Positions 9,840 to 18,977 of a stretch of 64,000 nucleotides of DNA are shown piece by piece. Below the pieces are notes generated by a model, which worked only from the letters and a program-made list of their open reading frames with translations, did not search any database and was not told the DNA's origin. This DNA is from Ostreococcus lucimarinus (taxonomy: Eukaryota), in assembly GCA_000092065.1 (NCBI GenBank), contig CP000581.1. One strand, given 5' to 3'. Made by a program: the position numbers and the translations under genes. Position 1 is the stretch's first letter. Every line of letters starts with the position of its first letter.

Positions 9840-11480
9840 ATGCCGACGAAAGCGCAGTGCTGGGTCGTGTCGTACGCCCGCGTCCGCGACGGCGCGTCGC
9901 GATCGGCGTCCGCGGAGGGTCTGTTGACGATCCCGCAGCGACACAATCTCATGCTGTTGCACACGCATCCGGACGGTGCGAGGTTGGCGCACGCCGCGCA
10001 CGTCGTCGGTCTTTCGCCGGGACGCAAGGTTCGGGTCGGTGACTACGAGTGCGAGCTTCTCATGCTCGCGCCTCACGGGGGGGGCGGTAATCCCGCGTAC
10101 GCGGCGGCATTCGTGATGCCCGGTGAAATTCTTCCGACGATGAACGCCATGAATAAGGACGAAAGTTGGCTCACTTGGCTAGGTTTGGACGATGAATTCG
10201 ACCAACACGAGCGCGTACAACTGCGGGCGCCTCAGTTACCGCATCCTGATGATCCACAGCCGTCCGGACCGGTGGCGTTCGGTTTCAGCGGCGCCGTCGC
10301 GTACGCGCCTGAACAAACTCAACGCGTGACGAGCTACCGGACGCCCCAGATGGCGCAAGAAGCGTATGAACGCGAGAGAATGCGCGAACCAAGCACTCAC
10401 ACGCAGCATCAGCCATCGCAGCGAGCGCCACCGGCGCATCTGCAGCAACCGCGGCTACCGCAGTATCAGCAACGCGTGGCGCCGCCGTCGACTGTAGAGA
10501 AGCGCGAGCAGCCGACGCCTGCCAACGAGGAGCAGCCGACGGTAATCCCGCGACAAACGCGAGTGTCTGTTTTCGAAGAAGAGTTTCTGGACGATCACGA
10601 GAGTTTCGAGCGTGAAGTGCGATTCGAGGAAGCTCCTGCGAACGACACAAACGATGCTCACGTCGCCCCAAAGCCAGCGACATCGTACGGTACTTCCGAC
10701 GAGATGGAGACTTTGCGAAGGCAGCTCGCAGAGCTTGAGCGTTTGACTGGTGTGAGCGCGGACGACGCCGAGCGAGTTTTGAATGCAAATATGAAGGATG
10801 TGCGTACCATTGTTCCGGATGAGGTCGTTGAGACGGCGATTGAAGCACCGACGACCGTTGGGGCGGCTGCAGCACAAGTCGTTAAGCCGCGCCACGAGGC
10901 GACGGTTGAAGTACCGCCGACAGTTCCGGTCTCGTCAAATGTGTTTAAAGAAAAGGATGCGGGTTTCAAGAAACAGGCTATAAGCACGGACGAGGCCGCA
11001 GCGCATGTAAAGGCGTGCGCACCCGTTGTTCGAGCGTCGCCGCAAAAGAGCAACCCTCCCGCGACGACATCGGTTCCGAACGTCGCCGTGACTCCTGAGG
11101 AAATAGACGCAAACGACGCGTGGGCCGCAGCGATCGCGCGACGAAACCGATCCGTAGATGAAGAAAGCGATTCTAACGATTCGGATGTTGACGTCGGCGA
11201 AAGTACGAAGCGCGAGCCGGCTGCGAAGATCGTGCATCAAATTTCAAAGCAGCCAAACAGGGTATCGTATTCGCAAGCGCCCAAGCCTCGCGAGATGGGA
11301 GCGCCGCCGCAAAAAACGCGCGCCGTAGACGCTTCTTCGCCCATCGTAGCGGCTATGGCTGCTACCTTTGAGGACGCGCAGAAGAAGGAAGCAGTGTTCA
11401 TCGAAGAGCCATACGTTACGGGATCGGTCTCGGCTCGAGCGAGCATTTTCGGCGAGCAGGCGTCGTTTCGCAAAGCGTAG
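9840..11480 (+). CDS. Hypothetical proline/glutamine-rich, largely disordered protein
   Basis: The ORF is 9702-11480. I start it at the in-frame ATG at 9840 to avoid overlap with the minus-strand ORF. It has low-complexity Q/P-rich stretches and a short helical motif TGVSADDAERVLNANMKDVRTIV. Confidence 0.4.
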   Translation: MPTKAQCWVVSYARVRDGASRSASAEGLLTIPQRHNLMLLHTHPDGARLAHAAHVVGLSPGRKVRVGDYECELLMLAPHGGGGNPAYAAAFVMPGEILPTMNAMNKDESWLTWLGLDDEFDQHERVQLRAPQLPHPDDPQPSGPVAFGFSGAVAYAPEQTQRVTSYRTPQMAQEAYERERMREPSTHTQHQPSQRAPPAHLQQPRLPQYQQRVAPPSTVEKREQPTPANEEQPTVIPRQTRVSVFEEEFLDDHESFEREVRFEEAPANDTNDAHVAPKPATSYGTSDEMETLRRQLAELERLTGVSADDAERVLNANMKDVRTIVPDEVVETAIEAPTTVGAAAAQVVKPRHEATVEVPPTVPVSSNVFKEKDAGFKKQAISTDEAAAHVKACAPVVRASPQKSNPPATTSVPNVAVTPEEIDANDAWAAAIARRNRSVDEESDSNDSDVDVGESTKREPAAKIVHQISKQPNRVSYSQAPKPREMGAPPQKTRAVDASSPIVAAMAATFEDAQKKEAVFIEEPYVTGSVSARASIFGEQASFRKA

Positions 11481-11544
11481 CGAATGTTGTATTACAATTT
11501 TTTCTTGAGATTGTGTGGTCTTGTGTTGCTTGTATTTGTGACGC

Positions 11545-12501
11545 TCACAGCGCTGGGATAAGTGAATCCTTCGGGGTCGTTTCCCTCCAGAGCGCCATAC
11601 CATTGTGCAAGTTCATCAAGATGCCAATATAGCAGAGCGGCGCGACGAGCGGTGGCATGAACGACGCCGCGGCGATGAAGTACGTAAAGGCGATGAAGAC
11701 GCTCGAAAACTTCGTTTCGGCGCCGGTGAGGTAGGCGAAGCAAGCACCGAGAGAGACGTACTTGTGCAGCGGGTGGATGAGTAGAACGGCGAGAGGGCCG
11801 TTTGGTCCGCTCGAGGCTGCCTGCCACGCCGTCCACGTCGAGTTTTGGCAGATGAGCGCAGCCATGAGCATGGCCGGGCCGACGGTTGCCACCTTACGAA
11901 TACCGTCGCACATGGAAGAACCAAGAACGTTGCGAATCTTGTTCGTCGCGGTCAGCAGATGCGCCCCGAGCGCGAGATGCCACACGGTCCAGTGGCGCGT
12001 CCAGATATCGGTGGCGCCGGCCGAACCGAAGTGCCAAATGCCGATCGCGGCGACGACGTAGAGAACACCGCAGTAAAGCCGGGGAATCTCATCGCCAATC
12101 TTAAATACGCCAGCAGATGCCATCAAAAAGTTGATGTATGGAGACGCGGCGGAGAAGAGCATGATGGCGGCGAGCGGCGCGAGCGGTCCCGCGGGCCCAG
12201 CCAATCCAGCAGCTTTCATCGCGGCTGCGTTACCGGCGCCGCCGAAGTGCAGTGCCTGCAGCGCGCTCGCGCTGAACACGAGCGGAGCTCCGTAGAGACC
12301 CAAACGCTGAACGACATCCTTCGCGCCACCGATCGACTGCACCTCCTTGATAGTGTCGTTGATCGGACCGGTGATGTCGTCGATGCCGACAGCCGCGTTT
12401 CTACTTCGAGAATGACGATTCGCGCGGGAAACTCGCCGTGGTTGCGTTGCGACGCGCGCGCGCAGCGTGACCTTGGAGGTGGTGTGCGAAGCAGTGAACA
12501 T
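11545..12501 (-). CDS. Polytopic membrane protein with an S/T/R-rich, transit-peptide-like N-terminus (318 aa); unknown function
   Basis: The ORF has several hydrophobic helices, including LAPLAAIMLFSAASPYINFLMA and YCGVLYVVAAIGIWHF. The N-terminal 40 aa are rich in S, T and R. It is convergent with the upstream gene, with 64 bp between the stops. Confidence 0.55.
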   Translation of the reverse strand: MFTASHTTSKVTLRARVATQPRRVSRANRHSRSRNAAVGIDDITGPINDTIKEVQSIGGAKDVVQRLGLYGAPLVFSASALQALHFGGAGNAAAMKAAGLAGPAGPLAPLAAIMLFSAASPYINFLMASAGVFKIGDEIPRLYCGVLYVVAAIGIWHFGSAGATDIWTRHWTVWHLALGAHLLTATNKIRNVLGSSMCDGIRKVATVGPAMLMAALICQNSTWTAWQAASSGPNGPLAVLLIHPLHKYVSLGACFAYLTGAETKFSSVFIAFTYFIAAASFMPPLVAPLCYIGILMNLHNGMALWRETTPKDSLIPAL

Positions 12502-12682
12502 TTATTTTCCGAACGGGTTTTGATCGACGCGGCCGGCGTCGTGAAGTGTCGTCGCACGGCACCGTGCAATTACAATTACAATTAATCGGGAAACCGCCAC
12601 GTCAGCTTTTGACAGTTTGACAACCCAAGGGGCGACGTTTCGTGTCACGACGCGACCATGGTTCACAAGATGACGCGCAAGT
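12502..12682. promoter_or_regulatory. Putative bidirectional promoter with a (CAATTA)3 repeat and a doubled TTGACA
   Basis: A 181-bp interval lies between the divergent starts at 12501 (-) and 12683 (+). It contains caattacaattacaattaat and ttgacagtttgacaac. Confidence 0.35.
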
Positions 12683-13768
12683 ATGTACCAGGTGCGCCGA
12701 AAAGGTGTGAGTCACAATAGACTGATCGCACTCACGTTCGTCATCGTCGTCGTCGCCACTGTCGTTCTTTCCAGCGCGCCGCGGCGACCGTCACGCGGTG
12801 GCGTCGCGGTGGCGTCGACGTGCGCGTCGTCGTCGAGGCAACTGACGGACTGGCTGGAATACCATCGAGCCATCGGCGTGACGCGCTTCTACATTTTCGA
12901 AGAGGGAATGGGGACGACAGCAGGTCGATGGTCGCCCGACGTGTACGTTTTTAGCCGGAAAACAGCGGATGAAAACCAAAAGAACTCGCCTTCGCGATTC
13001 GCGAAGTGGTTGGCGCCCTACGCCTCGGGAAACTCTACGTGCGGTGCGAACGCGCTTTTCGTGCGCCAAACACTCAATCTTGAATTGGCTATCGCGCGAG
13101 CGAAGAAAGATGGCATCGAATGGCTGTTGCACGTTGACGTCGACGAGTTGGTGTACCCCGCGGGTTCGTCGACGCTCGACTTACGAGACGTGCTTGCGCG
13201 TCAAAGTCCACACATCGACCGCGTGGTGTTCCCGAACTACGAAGCGGTACCTGAACGCCCATCATACGAGCTTAACGAGCCAAATACATTCAAAAGTGTG
13301 ACTTTATTCAAAAGGAATCACTTGCACATCGACACGGCGACGTACGCTCGATTCGCGCAGAGTGCGCGACGCGATAATCCAAACTTCTTTCTAGCGTACG
13401 CGAACGGTAAGTCTGCGTGTCGAGTGTCCTCTCCAGGACTTCGACCTAACGGTGCGCATCGATTTAAAACAAAAGGCGGTGGCAAAGAAGTGACGACGTC
13501 CGAAAGTGCCATCCTACACTACCCTTTTGTGAGCGCCGCGCGTGCGCGCGAACGAGCGCATCGATGCGACTGCACCGACGTCAAGGAATGCTCGATGTTG
13601 GCATTTGATCTCGTGCTTGCGAATAAGGTACGAGGTGAGGCGGCGGATTTCGAGTCGTGGTTTGACGAGCGAGTCGTGGAAAATAACTCGACTCGCCGCG
13701 AGGCGCTTCTCAAGGCGGGAGTCTACGCGCGGATTCACGCGCCGACTTTGCTCATAGGCAGAACTTGA
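12683..13768 (+). CDS. Type II membrane glycosyltransferase-like protein (GT92/DUF23-like)
   Basis: N-terminal hydrophobic anchor LIALTFVIVVVATVVL. The motif WLEYHRAIGVTRFYIF resembles the GT92 signature W-x-EYH-x-GV-x-F-Y-I. There is also a DxD-like VDVDEL. Confidence 0.5.
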   Translation: MYQVRRKGVSHNRLIALTFVIVVVATVVLSSAPRRPSRGGVAVASTCASSSRQLTDWLEYHRAIGVTRFYIFEEGMGTTAGRWSPDVYVFSRKTADENQKNSPSRFAKWLAPYASGNSTCGANALFVRQTLNLELAIARAKKDGIEWLLHVDVDELVYPAGSSTLDLRDVLARQSPHIDRVVFPNYEAVPERPSYELNEPNTFKSVTLFKRNHLHIDTATYARFAQSARRDNPNFFLAYANGKSACRVSSPGLRPNGAHRFKTKGGGKEVTTSESAILHYPFVSAARARERAHRCDCTDVKECSMLAFDLVLANKVRGEAADFESWFDERVVENNSTRREALLKAGVYARIHAPTLLIGRT

Positions 13769-13804
13769 AACTTCTGCGGTGTGTTGGATGTTTGAAAAGG
13801 CGCG

Positions 13805-16270
13805 TTAGTAGCTAGGTGGATCGATCGGTTCTTGGTTTTCGCTGGGATCGTGCAGCAAGACACGCTCCTCGATGCAGTCGTGCGTGCGAGGGGTGAGCTT
13901 AATGACTGTGTTCAGAGGAATCGAAAGCGTCGCGGCCTCGTCGCGATCGAGCCCGGCAAAGTAGGCGTAAATTAAACGCAACACGCCTTGATGCCCGACG
14001 ATGAGCACGTCCTCGCGATAACTCTCGAGCTCTTGCACCAGAGGGTCCAGGCGTGCGATGACGTCCAAGTAGCTCTCACCGCGCGGATAGCGGTACGAGA
14101 GCTTATTCTGTCGTCTCAGCTCGTATTCGCGTGGATATGCGGCGCGAATTTCTTCGTACGTCATACCGTCGCAGACGCCGGCGTAAATCTCGTCGAGATT
14201 TCTCAGCACGCGCGGAGCCATTTGGATCCAATCTTTACCACCGCCTGTTTTCACTTTGTCGTGCTTGAGATGACGCGCAGTGAGCTTGGTGCGCTGCAAA
14301 GACGACGTCCAAAGCCTCACCGGTCGTGCTTCGCCGTTCTCTGGATCACGGGTAATCACTCGGTCGGCGAACTCTGCGAGTTTCTGCGCGTACGCCTCGC
14401 CCATCGGAGTGAGTCCAGAGTCACCACCGATTTTACCGTGCGAATTATACTCGCTCTGCCCGTGTCGCGACAAATAAATCGAACACGTTGTCGCGTGCAT
14501 GTTCGAAAGAAACTGCGCCACGCGGCCGAGCAAGAACCCGTGGACTCGATTGAATTCGACTCGCCTTCCGCAATCTATGAGTTTTATGAAGCTTAAATCT
14601 ACCTCATCGTCGCTGCCCATGGGCTCGTACTCTTTTTCGTAGTTGCGAACGCGCTGCATGAAGTCTTTGAACGCTTGTTCCTCTGTCATGACGCCGGAGT
14701 AATCGCAGTTGTTGATTTTTGCCATCCGAACGTTCTTTTCCACCACCGCTTCGTCGGTACATATCGACTCTATGAAAAGCACTTTCAGTGGTAGCGTACC
14801 GATTTGCTCGATCAACCATCTACGACGCTCTCGCGTGCTATTCGTCGCGTCAAAGATTGCGACGCGTCCGCTGTCGACGCCGCGCTGCTCGAGAAAGCTC
14901 ATGCTATCTTCCTGGAACAGGAAGTCAATCATATCCTTCAGTGCTGCTCGCGCAAACTTCATTCGCTGCTCTTCATTCTCTTTGGTAAAGTAATCGGCCG
15001 TTTGACCGACGCCCGCATCTCGACGACGATATTCACCGACGTTGAACACGCGTGTGTTCGCACCGTGGAAAAATCGTAAATACTGACACAGTCGCTTCGC
15101 CATGTGCGTTTTACCTCGCGCCGGCAACCCTACCATAATCAACACGTGTTTTTCACCAATAATTCCCTGATCACCGTATTTTGGCGGCGGTATACTCTGC
15201 GGCGTAGGATTTTCCGCGGTAACAAACTGATCCTTGAAATCGCCGAATGTTTGCGGAAAACCGCCGGCGTACTTGGCTGTCGCACTGCGCTCCTCCGGCG
15301 CGCTTGTACTGGTTTGCTTCCCCATGACCGTACTCGTTTCGGTGTTTTCCGCCGACCCCGGTGTCACTACGAAGTTTGATCGCGCTTGCGGCGACGTTTC
15401 TTCTATGAGCGCGCTCGTGAACCGATGCACGGTCGGTGGCGACAACGAGGACGCCGGTAAAAACGAAGCCAACGACGCCGACTTCCCCCCTAGCCCTCGA
15501 GCTGCAACGAACCCTGGCGATGGTAACGCGCTGATTCCCTCACCCTCGCTCGTCGTCGTCGACTCGAAACTCGCGTCAGAGCTTCGCTTCCTCGCGTGTC
15601 CGCTCGCGCCGCTCCCAAACATCGCGCGTCCGACCTCGTCCTCGTCGTCGCCCGCTTTCGGCGACACCGCCTCAAGCATCGTCGTCAGCGCCGAGCTCAA
15701 TCCCGCGAGCGGCGTCGCTCGTTTCGGCGCGACGGGCGGTCGCGGCGATTTGCTTCGCCGCGTCCCGTCGTCTTCGCTCGTGCGCGGCGGCGTCGTCGTC
15801 GACCCGGACAGCGCGCGCACTTCGCCGGCGTCGAACGACATCCTCCGCACCGCGTCTTCGCACACGGTCAAGCACTCGCTCGTCGCGCGCGTCGCCGAGC
15901 CATCGTCGGACGACATGAACGATGCGATGCGCAGCGCAATGCCGACCGGGGCGACGCCAGAACGCGCGGCGGGCGTTGACTTGGCGAATCGCATCGACCG
16001 ACGGTGGAGACGACGCGCGAGCGACGCGCGAGGACGACGATGACGAGCGCGTCGACGTCGTCCAATCACTCGCTCCCGGCGCTGTGGCGACACGCGATGA
16101 AGAAGTGGGGACGTTGGCAGGGCTACGCGTGGAGCACGGTGGTCGTCGCGGGCGCCGCCGCGTACGCGATGTCGCTCGTCGTCGACGCGGGGGGCGAGAA
16201 AAGCAAAGTGAAGCGCGACGCAGACGGTGGCGACGCGAGTCGTGGCGAACGTAGACGTAGATAGCGGCAA
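13805..16270 (-). CDS. 6-phosphofructo-2-kinase/fructose-2,6-bisphosphatase (bifunctional) with a long low-complexity N-terminal extension
   Basis: Kinase P-loop GLPARGKTHMAKRLCQYL. Histidine-phosphatase motif LSRHGQSEYN with ...VGHQGVLR. The true start within the N-terminal low-complexity region is uncertain. The stop lies 36 bp from the stop of the convergent upstream gene. Confidence 0.9.
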   Translation of the reverse strand: MPLSTSTFATTRVATVCVALHFAFLAPRVDDERHRVRGGARDDHRAPRVALPTSPLLHRVSPQRRERVIGRRRRARHRRPRASLARRLHRRSMRFAKSTPAARSGVAPVGIALRIASFMSSDDGSATRATSECLTVCEDAVRRMSFDAGEVRALSGSTTTPPRTSEDDGTRRSKSPRPPVAPKRATPLAGLSSALTTMLEAVSPKAGDDEDEVGRAMFGSGASGHARKRSSDASFESTTTSEGEGISALPSPGFVAARGLGGKSASLASFLPASSLSPPTVHRFTSALIEETSPQARSNFVVTPGSAENTETSTVMGKQTSTSAPEERSATAKYAGGFPQTFGDFKDQFVTAENPTPQSIPPPKYGDQGIIGEKHVLIMVGLPARGKTHMAKRLCQYLRFFHGANTRVFNVGEYRRRDAGVGQTADYFTKENEEQRMKFARAALKDMIDFLFQEDSMSFLEQRGVDSGRVAIFDATNSTRERRRWLIEQIGTLPLKVLFIESICTDEAVVEKNVRMAKINNCDYSGVMTEEQAFKDFMQRVRNYEKEYEPMGSDDEVDLSFIKLIDCGRRVEFNRVHGFLLGRVAQFLSNMHATTCSIYLSRHGQSEYNSHGKIGGDSGLTPMGEAYAQKLAEFADRVITRDPENGEARPVRLWTSSLQRTKLTARHLKHDKVKTGGGKDWIQMAPRVLRNLDEIYAGVCDGMTYEEIRAAYPREYELRRQNKLSYRYPRGESYLDVIARLDPLVQELESYREDVLIVGHQGVLRLIYAYFAGLDRDEAATLSIPLNTVIKLTPRTHDCIEERVLLHDPSENQEPIDPPSY

Positions 16271-16325
16271 AGTGGTTTAGGTGACATTAAAGAAGAATAA
16301 ACAACGCGCGTGTAAAAATAATCAA

Positions 16326-17528
16326 TCAGTCGCGGCGGCGGCGCTGCTGCCTCTGAATTTCGTTCATAGATCGAGATACCGAGTTCGTGGTGTCTATGCC
16401 TAAGCGCATTCCCGGCAGTTGAGCCTCGGGCATCATGCGCACTTGCTTAGGTCGATCTGACCGCCGATAGACGGCTGTCGTCGGAGCGGATTCGGGCAAA
16501 CGAGCCGCGCAGCGACGACAAAAACGAGCGTCTGTCTCGTGCATGCTCAAGCCGCATTGCGGGCAGTCGCGATCATCGAACAGTCCTCTTCTCGAGATCG
16601 ATTCGTCCAACTCGTCAAAGGTGCCTGACATCCTAATGAAGCCGTTTTCGTCCTCCTCCTCGTCCTCGTCCATCATCTTGCGCAAATTCTCCGCGCCACT
16701 TATCGCGGCGAGCTTGGCGAGCTGACCCGGGACGACGATTAAAGCGACGATGATAGATATCACCGTCGCCACGCGTCCTCCCGCAGTGACGACTTCGAAC
16801 GGCTGACCGATCCCCGTGAGCGTTAGGATGGCCCAATACAACGTATCGTTCAAGTTGTGCACCATCGGGTTCGTGCCGACTTCCAAATCGTAGACAACGC
16901 CTGCGGCGATGACGAAGATGCACACAAACTCCGCACCGATACCGATAAGCTGCACGCCCATGCTGTCACTCTTCACTAATCCAAACAACACCGAATCCGT
17001 GGATCGGTCTAACAAACGCAACAAACGTAACACTCGAAGTAATCTCAAAAAGCGATAAAAAGGCGTGCTCCGATCGAGAACGTCGACGATGGCCAAAAGC
17101 GGTGGCACCGTGCTCGCCACGTCGACGACCGTCACCGGTTTCGTCCAAAACTTCAAGCTGAAATCTGCCGCGTACGCGCGCAGGCAAAGTTCGAATAAAA
17201 ACAACAAGTTGTACGCATCCTCGATGGACGTCAGCGAATCCATCGAGATGATGCCCGTGTACCAGGGAATGTCCTCGCGGTACAGGATATCCCAGCCACC
17301 CAAACTCGACACGTTATACGTCTCCAACAAGAACGTCCCGAACACGATCCCACTCGAGATCACCGCCCACCACCCGCTGGCGTCCAAATCCGCCAGCGCC
17401 AATCGCAGCGCCTCCTTCGGAGTCAGGCGTTGTTTCCGCCTCGCCGGCGACGACTCCGCGAGCGTCGTCGTCGTCGTCGTCGCCTCCTCCGTCGCCTTCG
17501 ACTGTCGCTGCGCCCGCGTCGCGGTCAT
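16326..17528 (-). CDS. Single-domain 6TM voltage-gated cation channel-like protein with a C-terminal zinc-ribbon (400 aa)
   Basis: Segments S1-S6 are recognisable. The S4 segment has a regularly spaced Arg motif: [19 protein letters not shown]. The pore helix and filter read [15 protein letters not shown]. The C-terminal CPQCG...CRRC is a Zn-ribbon. I place the start at ATG 17528. The ORF upstream of that (to 18920) is low-complexity and overlapped by the Nudix gene, so it is rejected. Confidence 0.8.
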   Translation of the reverse strand: MTATRAQRQSKATEEATTTTTTLAESSPARRKQRLTPKEALRLALADLDASGWWAVISSGIVFGTFLLETYNVSSLGGWDILYREDIPWYTGIISMDSLTSIEDAYNLLFLFELCLRAYAADFSLKFWTKPVTVVDVASTVPPLLAIVDVLDRSTPFYRFLRLLRVLRLLRLLDRSTDSVLFGLVKSDSMGVQLIGIGAEFVCIFVIAAGVVYDLEVGTNPMVHNLNDTLYWAILTLTGIGQPFEVVTAGGRVATVISIIVALIVVPGQLAKLAAISGAENLRKMMDEDEEEDENGFIRMSGTFDELDESISRRGLFDDRDCPQCGLSMHETDARFCRRCAARLPESAPTTAVYRRSDRPKQVRMMPEAQLPGMRLGIDTTNSVSRSMNEIQRQQRRRRD

Positions 17529-18197
17529 CGCGCGCCTCGCGCGCGTCCCCCCGCGCCAGGCGCCCTCGTTCGCGCGCGCGCGCGAGAGAGAGTCGCGAAT
17601 CGCCGCGCGCGTCGTCGTCGTCGTCGTCCCTCGCGTCGTCGTCGTCGTCGTCGTCGTCGCCCGCGTCGTCGTCGCGCGCGCGCGTCGAGTCGCGCCGTAC
17701 GACGTCGACGCGCGCGTCGCGCATCTCGCGCATCTCGCGCATCTCGCGCCCGTCGCCGTCGCCGGCGCGCCCGTCGTCATCGTCTCGACCGTCGCCTCGA
17801 CGTCGCCTCGAAGTGACGTCGGTCGTCCGTCCGTCCGTCCGTCCGCCCGCGCGACGCGCGCGGCGGGCGAAATCGCGCGCGCGCGGCGCCGCGCCGTGCG
17901 TCCGTCGACTCGAGATCGACGCCCGCGACGCGCGCCGACCGACGACGCCGACCGACGACGCCGGGCGGCGCGGTCGCCGCGACCCACTCCGCGGCGCGCG
18001 GCGTCCACGGCGCGTCGGCGGACGACCGGACCGCGCGACGGCGGCGGCGACCGACGGCCGGGGCGCGGGCCGTGGACGACGGGATCCGAACCAGGCCCAG
18101 ACCCGCGGCGCGCGCGGGCCGGCCGAGCCTCGAGCGACGATCGCGGTGACGACGACGCGGCGAGCGTTTTCGAGCCCGCTCGAGGCGCGCGTCGACG

Positions 18198-18755
18198 ATG
18201 GCGGCGCGCACGGGAAGAGATAATCAGCGATACAACGCGGTGAATCAACGATTGGTGGCTGGATGCATATGTCATCGACCCGCGACGAAGGTTCGCGTGG
18301 AAGATTCCGCCGACGCGGACGCGTTCGCGCGCGCGCGCGAGGACGGCGTCGAAGTCCTCATGCTCAACTCGAAGAAAGGCGCGAGAGTGGATGGAAGGGA
18401 TTTGATCTTTCCAAAGGGTGGATGGGAACTCGATGAGACCGCATCCGAGGCCGCGGCGCGCGAGAGCATGGAAGAAGGCGGTGTCGCGGGGACGCTGAGC
18501 GCTTCGGAAAAGACGTACGAATTCGTGTCGAGGTCGAGGGTCAAGGCTGGATGCGCCGGAGACGAGGCCAAGTGCGTGGCGCACGTGTTCACCATGGAGG
18601 TGAAGTGCGAGTACGAGACGTGGCCTGAGGAAGGCGAGCGAACGAGGTATTGGCTCTCCCCGGACGAGGCGTGGAGACGATGTAAGCACGATTGGATGCG
18701 TCAGGCGCTCGCCGACCATCTCGCCGACGGGTTCGCGTTGGAAAAGAAGTTGTGA
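18198..18755 (+). CDS. Nudix hydrolase of the DIPP/Aps1 type
   Basis: Nudix box [23 protein letters not shown] matches the GX5EX7REUXEEXGU pattern. The FPKGGWE context is typical of diphosphoinositol-polyphosphate phosphohydrolases. Confidence 0.85.
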   Translation: MAARTGRDNQRYNAVNQRLVAGCICHRPATKVRVEDSADADAFARAREDGVEVLMLNSKKGARVDGRDLIFPKGGWELDETASEAAARESMEEGGVAGTLSASEKTYEFVSRSRVKAGCAGDEAKCVAHVFTMEVKCEYETWPEEGERTRYWLSPDEAWRRCKHDWMRQALADHLADGFALEKKL

Positions 18756-18977
18756 CGTTGTGACGCGCCGCGTCTTTGTGATTGTACGATATAACGATAT
18801 AACAGAAAACAAGATGAATAGTTGATGCGATTGCCTGCGTTTCGCGTTCGCGCGTGTTTTAGCCGTCGCGCGATGGCTCGCGGCTCGTCTGGCGCGTTCG
18901 CGTCGCGAGAAGCCGAACACTAAACGCGCGATCCGAGCGCTCGCGCGTCAGAACGCGTCGCGCGGTGTTCACGGGCG

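Noticed and set aside
17529-18920. Upstream 460 codons of the 864-aa minus-strand ORF containing the channel gene
   Set aside because: It is purely R/A/G-rich low complexity produced by (GCG/CGC)n-like sequence. It is overlapped on the other strand by a well-supported Nudix gene (18198-18755). The channel has a sensible start at 17528.
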